From an uncultured Muribaculaceae bacterium (GTDB lineage: Bacteria; Bacteroidota; Bacteroidia; Bacteroidales; Muribaculaceae): a stretch of DNA of 64,000 nucleotides. Shown here one piece after another: positions 44,744 through 52,847 of this stretch (position 1 is its first letter; the number at the start of each line of letters is the position of its first letter). Location of the stretch: assembly GCA_947381945.1 (NCBI GenBank), contig CANCXM010000004.1, forward strand, positions 29,176 to 93,175, written 5' to 3'. The position numbers and the translations under genes are program-made. The notes beneath the pieces were generated by a model. That model had not been told where the DNA came from. It was given only the letters and a program-made list of their open reading frames with translations, and made no database searches.

Positions 44744-45582
44744 TTTCTATATCGGCAAGTAAAAATTGAAGACAAAAACTGCATGAAAGAAATCTTATTT
44801 ATTATTATTTAACATCATCACATGAAAGACTTAATGACAAGTCGTAGTCAATGGCTGCGGCACTTTTCCTTTGCGACGCACTGGAAAACAATGCTACTTC
44901 TGTTGGTGCTCTGTGTCGGTTTCAATGCCAATGCGCAGAATATCACCGTATCCGGTACGGTGGTCGACGGCACCGATGAACCAATGATCGGAGCTACCGT
45001 CCAGGTAGACGGCACCAAGAATGTGGTCGTCACTGACATCGACGGTAACTTTACCCTCAAGAACGTTGCCAAGAACGCTACCATCGTCGTATCGTACATC
45101 GGCTACAAGACAGAAAAAATCGCCGTCAACGGTCAGACCAACATCAATGTTGTCCTCTCCGAAGACTCTGAATCACTCGAAGAAGTCGTCGTCATCGGCT
45201 ACGGTGGCACCCGCGCGCGCCGCGACCTCACCGGTTCGGTAGGTTCCGTTTCCGGAGCCAAGCTCGCCGCTGTCCCCGTCACCTCCGCCGCCGTCGCCCT
45301 CCAGGGTAAGGTCGCCGGTGTGCAGGTTACCACAGTCGACGGTCAGCCGGGTGCCGACATCAATATCCGCGTGCGTGGTGCGACGTCAGTGACCCAGTCC
45401 AACGACCCTCTCTACATCGTCGACGGTTTCCAGACCGACAACATCAACGACATTCCGCCGAGCGACATCCAGAGCATTGACATCCTCAAGGACGCCTCCC
45501 TCACCGCTATCTATGGTGCGAAGGGTGGTAACGGTGTAGTCATCGTGACCACCAAGTCCGCTCAGGAAGGCAAGACCCAGGT
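44744..45582. repeat. Right arm of the inverted repeat shared by susC-1 and susC-2 (perfect core 44744-45108)
   Basis: See the left arm. The antisense ORFs 44083-44334(+) and 44848-45099(-) in the track encode identical 83-aa strings. Confidence 0.85.
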
Positions 45583-48160
45583 CAATGTCAATTTCCAGGG
45601 TTCAGTCAGCGAACTGTCGAAGAAGCTAGATCTTATGGGCGCTTATGATTATGTACAGTATCAGTGGGACTACGCTGCAGGTTCAGGTTCTCAGAAGTAC
45701 AATAACAAGCAGACCAACCTTTTCCGCTACAACTTCGGTAATCCCGCCGACCTTGATCTATATCGCAACGCACCTAGCCACGATTGGCAGGATGAGGTAA
45801 TGGGTGGTCATCCCTTCTCATACTCTACCAATGTTTCTATCGGTGGTGGTAACGACAAAACCCGCTACAACATCTCGTTCACCCAGTCTGACGACCGCGG
45901 TATCATCATGGGCTCAGGCGTTCGCCGTACAAACATCCACACCAAACTCCAGACCAAGATTCTCCCCAACCTTACTCTCCAGTTCAACCCAAAAGTGACT
46001 TACCGTCGCGATGAAGGTGCAGGCGGTGAAAAGGTCGGCACCGGCGGTATCATCGACGTGCTCCGTTACCGTCCCTCAAATGGTCTCCGCGAACTCGGTG
46101 GTATCTATTGGGATGAAGGCGTAGCTGACCCCAAACAGGAAGAATACTTCCAGTACACCAATCCTGTGAGCGACATCGAGCAGAACCAGCGCAAGAAACA
46201 CTCATACACAATCGTGAATCAGGCCTCACTCGAATACAAGCCTATCCAGGGACTCACACTCCGCACTGAAGGTGTCTACAACTTCAGCTTCAGCGACGAC
46301 AACCATTTCTACGGCCATCTTACTTCAAATGCCTATCAGAATCTTCCCGTCGCAGAAATCGTGAAGAAGCAGGTGAACTCCTACACATGGACAACTACTG
46401 CATCATACGACTGGACCATCAAGGACAAGCATAATTTCTTCGCTCTTGCAGGTTTTGAAATCTGGCACAAACAAGGTGAGGAATCCAAGCAGCGTAACCG
46501 TCTCTTCCCCGAGACAATCACCGCACAGAAAGCTTGGGACAACATGAGCCTCGGTACTGACCACTATATCTCGACAACCAGCCTCGGAACAGCAGACCGT
46601 ACAACTTCCTATTTCGGTCAGCTCAACTACAACTTCGACCACAAATATCTCCTCTCCGCTACATTCCGCGCCGACGGTTCGACAATGTTCGCACCCGGCA
46701 ACCAGTGGGGCTACTTCCCCTCGGTTTCAGGTGCATGGGATATCGCGCAGGAAAACTTCATGCACGATCTGACATGGCTCAACGAACTTAAGTTCCGTGT
46801 GGCTATCGGTAAGGCCGGTAACAACCGTATTGATGCAGATATGTGGCGTTACCTCTACTATTCAAACGACACAGGCGGTCCTGCCTTCAACGAAGGTTCG
46901 GAATCAAGCTCTGCTGAACTCTGGTATGGAACTTCAGGCAACCTCCCCAACGAAAAAATCAAATGGGAGACCACACTTACCCGCAACTTCGCATTTGACA
47001 TCTCACTCTTCAACGGTCGTCTCCGCATTTCTCCCGAATATTACTGGAACACGACTTCCGACCTTATCTACAAGGCTGACGTGATCACCACTCTCGGCTA
47101 CTCGAAGCAGTTCCGCAACATCGGTCAGGTGACCAACCGTGGTTTTGAAATCTCTGTTAACGGCGACATCCTCCGTGGAAAGGACTATGTCCTCTCTGCC
47201 AACTTCAACCTTGGCGCAAACAAGATGAAGGTCGACAAGCTTACCGGTGATGAAGACTATATCGACATCAAGAAAGGTAGCTCATCCTATGACAACTATC
47301 GTCTTCAAGTAGGTGGAGAAGTTGGTCTCATCTATGGCTTTATCTACGATGGCCTCTACTCTTTCGATGATTTCGAATTTGACCCCAATACCCAAAACTA
47401 CACCACACCCAAGGAAGGCGTAGTCTCAATGGATGGCATGTACAATGATTTCGGTAACTCCGCCGTCGGCAAGCCTACCGCCCCCGGCAAGCCCAAATTC
47501 AAGGACATGAACGGCGACGGCATCATCGACGACAAGGACCGTACGGTAATCGGCCGCACCACTCCCCGCATCCAGGGCGGTTTCGGTGTCTCAGGCCAGT
47601 GGAAAAACTTCGACTTCACCGCCAACTTCACTTACTTCCTTGATTTCGATGTCTACAACGCAACCAACTATTACCTCTCATCGTCAATCAAGAATGACAA
47701 CAACTTCTACAATGTCCTCGGCAAGTTCAACAACCGCTGGACATACGTCATCAACAAAATCAATGCAGACGGAGTAGAAATTAACGATGTCCTCTACGGT
47801 GCGCCCTCAGGCCTCATCAGCCGAAACGACCGCGAATATGAGACCATCAACGGCAACAGGTCTCTTTGGAATCCCGGTGTTGTCAACAAGGACTTCACAG
47901 TTAGCAATTTCGTGGAAGACGGTTCATTCCTCCGTTGTACAGACATCACCGTCGGTTACAGCATTCCCCAGAATATCATCAAGAAGGCAGGCATGTCGAA
48001 ATGCCGTATCTACGGCTCTGTGACCAATCCATTCATCATCACCAACTATTCAGGCTATGACCCTGAGGTCGATGTGCAGAGCGGTCTCACACCTTCCTAC
48101 GACATCAACCGTTACCCCCGTGCGCGCAGCTACGTTTTCGGTATCAATCTTTCCTTCTAA
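44822..48160 (+). CDS. SusC/RagA-family TonB-dependent transporter (PUL-2)
   Basis: 1112 aa. The first 204 aa are identical to susC-1. It has the same domain layout and the barrel ends ...YVFGINLSF. Confidence 0.95.
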   Translation: MKDLMTSRSQWLRHFSFATHWKTMLLLLVLCVGFNANAQNITVSGTVVDGTDEPMIGATVQVDGTKNVVVTDIDGNFTLKNVAKNATIVVSYIGYKTEKIAVNGQTNINVVLSEDSESLEEVVVIGYGGTRARRDLTGSVGSVSGAKLAAVPVTSAAVALQGKVAGVQVTTVDGQPGADINIRVRGATSVTQSNDPLYIVDGFQTDNINDIPPSDIQSIDILKDASLTAIYGAKGGNGVVIVTTKSAQEGKTQVNVNFQGSVSELSKKLDLMGAYDYVQYQWDYAAGSGSQKYNNKQTNLFRYNFGNPADLDLYRNAPSHDWQDEVMGGHPFSYSTNVSIGGGNDKTRYNISFTQSDDRGIIMGSGVRRTNIHTKLQTKILPNLTLQFNPKVTYRRDEGAGGEKVGTGGIIDVLRYRPSNGLRELGGIYWDEGVADPKQEEYFQYTNPVSDIEQNQRKKHSYTIVNQASLEYKPIQGLTLRTEGVYNFSFSDDNHFYGHLTSNAYQNLPVAEIVKKQVNSYTWTTTASYDWTIKDKHNFFALAGFEIWHKQGEESKQRNRLFPETITAQKAWDNMSLGTDHYISTTSLGTADRTTSYFGQLNYNFDHKYLLSATFRADGSTMFAPGNQWGYFPSVSGAWDIAQENFMHDLTWLNELKFRVAIGKAGNNRIDADMWRYLYYSNDTGGPAFNEGSESSSAELWYGTSGNLPNEKIKWETTLTRNFAFDISLFNGRLRISPEYYWNTTSDLIYKADVITTLGYSKQFRNIGQVTNRGFEISVNGDILRGKDYVLSANFNLGANKMKVDKLTGDEDYIDIKKGSSSYDNYRLQVGGEVGLIYGFIYDGLYSFDDFEFDPNTQNYTTPKEGVVSMDGMYNDFGNSAVGKPTAPGKPKFKDMNGDGIIDDKDRTVIGRTTPRIQGGFGVSGQWKNFDFTANFTYFLDFDVYNATNYYLSSSIKNDNNFYNVLGKFNNRWTYVINKINADGVEINDVLYGAPSGLISRNDREYETINGNRSLWNPGVVNKDFTVSNFVEDGSFLRCTDITVGYSIPQNIIKKAGMSKCRIYGSVTNPFIITNYSGYDPEVDVQSGLTPSYDINRYPRARSYVFGINLSF

Positions 48161-48196
48161 CCAAGTCTTTTGTAACTCTTAGTTAAAAAACAAACA

Positions 48197-50257
48197 ATGA
48201 AACTACGCAATATATTCATCGCCGGTCTGTCGGCAGTAGCTCTTGCTTCCTGCTCTGACTACCTTGATGTTGACGCGCCATCCAAAAACGACTACGACTA
48301 CGTCTTCTCACAGAAGATTGAAATGGAACGCGCTCTCAACGGTGTCTACACCGGCCTTATCTCCGGCAATACATTCGGAGATATGATTCTCACATCATTC
48401 CAGCTGAACAGCGATGTCGATTTCGCTTCCAACGGTTCGGCATCCACTTCGTCAGGCAACTTCCGTCGTTTCGACTGCGATGCCGACGGTGGAAACCTCA
48501 GCAAAATCTGGGCAACCCTTTATGAGGGTATTGAGACCGCCAACCTTTTCATCGAAGGTGTGCAAAACTCGCCCCTATATGATGCTGAGGAACCTGATAC
48601 TGAAATCGCCCAGATGCTCGGTGAGGCCAAAATTATCCGTGCCATCTACTATCATGAGCTTATATGGATGTTCGGCGATGTTCCCTTCTCTTTCAATTCG
48701 TCCAAAACTTCCGAGGTGAAGATCTATCCTATCACAGACCGTCTGGAAATCATCTCCAAGCTCATCGCTGACATCAAGGAAACTGCTGATTTCATGAACC
48801 TCTCGGCCGAGGTGTCCGTAGAACGTCCTAATCGTCAGACAGCATACGCGATGATTGCCCGTCTTGCACTCACTGCAGGTGGCTATACCCTCCGTCCCGA
48901 TGGAGATTCATACGGTAAGATGGAGCGCATGGCGAAGGAAAACTATCTTGAATACTACAAGATTGCCCGCGATGCCGCCTATGAGGTTATCTATGGCAGC
49001 ATGATGGGTACACATGCCCTCAACAAGTCATATCAGCAAGTGTTTGTTGATGAATGCAACTTCATTGTCGACAATCGCGACGATATCATATTCGAGATTC
49101 CGTTCGCTAAAAATTCATCAGGCAACATCGGTTATATCAATGGTGTGACTATGAAGAGCTATGATGGTGAGACTGTGACTCATAATTATGGTAAGGCTGA
49201 TGCAGGCAAAGCTGCACTCAACGCTTTCTACCGCTTCATGTTCGATCCCGAGGATTCGCGTCGCGATTATGTGAACCAGCTCTTCTATCTCGACGGTACA
49301 GCTACTGCAAATGCAGCCAAATGCTCCGCCGGATATACTGTCAACAATGGCAAATGGTCCAAACTTTGGAATACCGGTGGTCTCGGAAGCCGTACAGAAG
49401 GCTCGACAGGCATCAACTTCCCCTATATGCGTTACACTGACGTGCTCCTCATGTTTGCTGAAGCTGACAATGAGCTCAACGGTGGTCCTACAGCTGATGC
49501 TACAATGGCTCTCGAGCAGGTGCGTGCACGAGCTTTCAGAAGCACTAATCCTGCAAAAATATCTGACTATCCCAAAGGTTCCAAGGAAGAATTCCTCAAG
49601 GCTGTTCTTGACGAACGTAAATTTGAATTCGCAGGTGAGAACATGCGTTGGCGCGACCTCGTCCGCAACAACCAGTATAATCTTGTCACCTACTATAACT
49701 TCTGGCGTTACTATGCTGTGGCTGATGCGCAGGAAGGCACCGGTTCATTCTGTGCCGCTGTCTCAGAATTTGACTTCGGTGAAGGAGAGGATGAGCATTG
49801 GGATGCACTCCCCGACAAGCTCTTCCGCGTTGAGGATGTCCCCAATGAAGTCACTGACGAAAATGGCAATGTAATAGGCCGTCTTGTCCCCGAAACTTCA
49901 TTCCCGACAAATCAGAATATCCATGTCTGCAACATCGTGAATCCCTACACTTACATGACCCAGCCTCAGGCGAATGCACTTGGTCTTAAGAACATGGGTT
50001 ATACAGACCTTTTTGCCGACTGGTCAAGTGACAATACTATCAAAAATGAGGTCCGCTTCTCACTCTTGGGCTATATCTATTGTGATGAGACTGAGAACAT
50101 CCGCATTGTTGACAATGGTGTGCTCAAGATGGCTCCCGACCTCAGCACCAAACCTACAGTCGAGTCACTCCCCGTACTTCGTTACATCCTGCCCATCCCC
50201 AATACTGTAATCCGCCGTTCTTCCGGACAATACGTCAACAAATACGGCTATAAGTAA
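48197..50257 (+). CDS. SusD/RagB-family lipoprotein (PUL-2)
   Basis: 686 aa with ALASCSDYLDVDAPS, RYTDVLLMFAEA and ERKFEFAGENMRWRDLVR. Confidence 0.93.
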   Translation: MKLRNIFIAGLSAVALASCSDYLDVDAPSKNDYDYVFSQKIEMERALNGVYTGLISGNTFGDMILTSFQLNSDVDFASNGSASTSSGNFRRFDCDADGGNLSKIWATLYEGIETANLFIEGVQNSPLYDAEEPDTEIAQMLGEAKIIRAIYYHELIWMFGDVPFSFNSSKTSEVKIYPITDRLEIISKLIADIKETADFMNLSAEVSVERPNRQTAYAMIARLALTAGGYTLRPDGDSYGKMERMAKENYLEYYKIARDAAYEVIYGSMMGTHALNKSYQQVFVDECNFIVDNRDDIIFEIPFAKNSSGNIGYINGVTMKSYDGETVTHNYGKADAGKAALNAFYRFMFDPEDSRRDYVNQLFYLDGTATANAAKCSAGYTVNNGKWSKLWNTGGLGSRTEGSTGINFPYMRYTDVLLMFAEADNELNGGPTADATMALEQVRARAFRSTNPAKISDYPKGSKEEFLKAVLDERKFEFAGENMRWRDLVRNNQYNLVTYYNFWRYYAVADAQEGTGSFCAAVSEFDFGEGEDEHWDALPDKLFRVEDVPNEVTDENGNVIGRLVPETSFPTNQNIHVCNIVNPYTYMTQPQANALGLKNMGYTDLFADWSSDNTIKNEVRFSLLGYIYCDETENIRIVDNGVLKMAPDLSTKPTVESLPVLRYILPIPNTVIRRSSGQYVNKYGYK

Positions 50258-50287
50258 TTAATAAACTTAACCATCTCTATAATATCA

Positions 50288-52633
50288 ATGAAAAAGTTAT
50301 TATATCTTCTTGCCGGTATCATGGCTTTTGCGACGACATCGTGTAACGACGATGACACGACCATCTACACCCCTGCAGATGATCTCGACCGTATGCCGAT
50401 GACCATGTTCCGTAAGAACCACAATACAAATGTCAGCAACAGCGAGACTTACGCATGTAAGGTCGTTGACGGCACCCGCAATACAGTGCAACTTTACTGG
50501 TACGGTGTTGAAGGAGCCGGAGGTTACGAAATCCGCTATGGTGTGGAGAGTGGCCTCACCTCCGGAACTGAAGAAGACTGGAGCAATCCAGACCGTCTTT
50601 CAGGCACCTACATTGTAGGCCCCGAAGTTCTTCACTTCGAGATTCCCGACCTCAATTACCAGACCCCCTACCGTTTTTCTATCCGAGTACTTCATCCGGA
50701 TTATATCAAGACCGGTGCAAATGGTCAGATTGAAATAATCGAATCCACCAAGCACTCCAAGTGGTACGGTCGTGGAAACGGTCAGCAATGGGAAGATTAT
50801 CTTGGCATAGGAACATCCGAACGCTATGTCACTCCGAATGTTATCTTCGCTTCTGACAAGGATTTCAACTCATTCAACATTTATGTTGACCTTTCAGACA
50901 AGACCGGCTCCATGTCGCAGGCTGACAAGGATACTATCGCAGCCCGATTTGACAAGACTCCAAACGGTGACTTTGTCGCCCATACAGTTTATGTGATTCC
51001 TGATGCAATCAATCCTGACGCATCAGTGCCCGCCCAGTTCCGCGACGGTTATCCCATTGACCAGAACGCTCTAAAAGAAAATGGCGGTGTCATTCACGTC
51101 GACGGTCTTGACGAGAACTCAACCTACGTTATCCGTATCCAAAACAAGGACCGTATCTTTGTCAACCGCGAAGGAAAGACTATTGATGTGGACTCATATT
51201 ATAATGATGCCACTATCCGTACAAAGGGTACACCCGGTGAGCCTATCCTCATCAAACACAAGATTACTGACAAGATTTACAATGACTCAACTTGGAATGT
51301 AGGTGAACGTGAGTACAACTGTATGCGCATAGACACCATCATTTCTCAGTTCAACGCATCTCCGACCCTCGCTGAAGGTCAGGTATTCTATCTTGAAGGT
51401 GGCAAGGCTTATTATTTCTGGAACAATACAGACATCAATAAGGGTTTCACTCTTGAAACTAATCCCGAAGACGTAGCGCAGGGCAAGCGTGCCACTGTTT
51501 ATATGGCCGGTATCGCAGACAATCAGGGCAAACAGAACGACACTCGTACATGTAACTTCATGTTTGGTAAGAACCTTGGCGCAGGTGAGGTGGATGCTCC
51601 CGTTCAGGTTGAAAACGTTGTGTTCCGCAACATTGATTTCTCCGTTCCTAAATTCCAAGTATATGCAGACCGTGGTTCAGACGGCAATGGTAACTACTTT
51701 GCCAACATGTACTCAGGTGGTCGCGGTATCACATTTGACAAACTCGAGCTTGACGGTTGTACATTCCAGGGCTTCGTGCGTGGCTTTATCCGCACACAGG
51801 GTTCAAAGGCCAAGCAATTCAAACAGATAATCGTGAACAACTGCGTCTTCCAGAACAACGGTTATTTCCGTACCAACAATGGTGGCGCATACAACTTCAT
51901 CCATGGTGACCAGTCATCAGTAAACAACAACATCTTTACTGACCTCAGAATCACCAACAATACATTCTACGATTGCCAGAATTCAGGCCTCATGACCATG
52001 GGTAACAACTCACAGGATTGGCCGGCAGACCTCCACTACAACATCACTGTCGAAAACAATACATTCATCAACTTCGGAACACGTGCAGGTGCACTGCTCT
52101 TCAACTTCCGCTACTTCCCCGGTGGATCATCAATCACATGCCAGCGCAATCTTATTGTACTCGCTGCTGCCGATGATGACGAGCGTGAGCTCAAATGTAT
52201 TGGTTCTGACTTCCGTACTGTGAACGGCTCCGGTGTTGTCACACTTAAGTTCAAGGACAATTATTCAGTTGGCTGCCGCGATGCCCATTATAAAGACAAC
52301 GGCATCTTTAGCGGTAACCTGTTCTCAGCAACCAAGAACTCCTTCGGAGCATTCAAGGATGGTCTTGTCGGCGGCGATGAAACTGACCTCTTTGTGAAGG
52401 TTGGCAGCACTCCTCTCAAGGCTACTGAACTTTTCTCAGATCCTAATCCCCAGCACAAGCAGGTCAAGGGAACAAGTCATCCGATGGACCACCGTTCGAC
52501 TTCTGACATTTACGAGCGTCTTCGCTACCGCAATGATGCAAAGGTGACCTCACATGAGATTTATCTGAAGAACATCGGTGACCAGCGTTGGAAACTTGCA
52601 GACCCCAAGACTGCATGGATGAATAATGACTGA
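50288..52633 (+). CDS. PUL-2 surface lipoprotein, FN3-like plus beta-helix (DUF4957/DUF5123-like)
   Basis: 781 aa. The signal is ...FATTSCNDDD, followed by RMPMTMFR and GAGGYEIRYG. Beta-helix repeats are present (LDGCTFQGF, VNNCVFQN, ITNNTFYD, VENNTFINF). The C-terminus is IGDQRWK. Confidence 0.7.
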   Translation: MKKLLYLLAGIMAFATTSCNDDDTTIYTPADDLDRMPMTMFRKNHNTNVSNSETYACKVVDGTRNTVQLYWYGVEGAGGYEIRYGVESGLTSGTEEDWSNPDRLSGTYIVGPEVLHFEIPDLNYQTPYRFSIRVLHPDYIKTGANGQIEIIESTKHSKWYGRGNGQQWEDYLGIGTSERYVTPNVIFASDKDFNSFNIYVDLSDKTGSMSQADKDTIAARFDKTPNGDFVAHTVYVIPDAINPDASVPAQFRDGYPIDQNALKENGGVIHVDGLDENSTYVIRIQNKDRIFVNREGKTIDVDSYYNDATIRTKGTPGEPILIKHKITDKIYNDSTWNVGEREYNCMRIDTIISQFNASPTLAEGQVFYLEGGKAYYFWNNTDINKGFTLETNPEDVAQGKRATVYMAGIADNQGKQNDTRTCNFMFGKNLGAGEVDAPVQVENVVFRNIDFSVPKFQVYADRGSDGNGNYFANMYSGGRGITFDKLELDGCTFQGFVRGFIRTQGSKAKQFKQIIVNNCVFQNNGYFRTNNGGAYNFIHGDQSSVNNNIFTDLRITNNTFYDCQNSGLMTMGNNSQDWPADLHYNITVENNTFINFGTRAGALLFNFRYFPGGSSITCQRNLIVLAAADDDERELKCIGSDFRTVNGSGVVTLKFKDNYSVGCRDAHYKDNGIFSGNLFSATKNSFGAFKDGLVGGDETDLFVKVGSTPLKATELFSDPNPQHKQVKGTSHPMDHRSTSDIYERLRYRNDAKVTSHEIYLKNIGDQRWKLADPKTAWMNND

Positions 52634-52671
52634 TTCGCTGTAGATACAATAAAACATCTACCTTAAATTTC

Positions 52672-52701
52672 CGGTCGGTTCCAATAGGGACCGACCGTTT
52701 T
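52672..52701 (+). terminator. Terminator after the PUL-2 lipoprotein gene
   Basis: CGGTCGGT (52672-52679) pairs with ACCGACCG (52690-52697), followed by TTTT. Confidence 0.6.
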
Positions 52702-52719
52702 ATATATCAATTTTTCTCT

Positions 52720-52758
52720 AAAAAAAGACCTCTCCCCGACAGGAAGCCGAAGAGAGGT
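52720..52758 (-). terminator. Terminator after the PUL-3 lipoprotein gene
   Basis: ACCTCTC (52728-52734) pairs with GAGAGGT (52752-52758). On the minus strand it is followed by a T-run (plus-strand A-run 52720-52727). Confidence 0.55.
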
Positions 52759-52847
52759 TGAAGAGGGAGAATGAGTGCGGATGGGTTCAGAGGGTGAACC
52801 TCATCGGTTCCAGTGACGACCGGTGTCACCGGTATAGGTCATTGCAA

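Noticed and set aside
44594-44812. 72-aa ORF in the susC-1/susC-2 spacer running into the shared leader
   Set aside because: It has an AT-rich, atypical composition. Its last 9 codons are simply the leader mini-ORF (MKEILFIII), and no homologous ORF exists upstream of susC-3. I treated it as non-coding, while noting a degenerate leader-like sequence in front of it.
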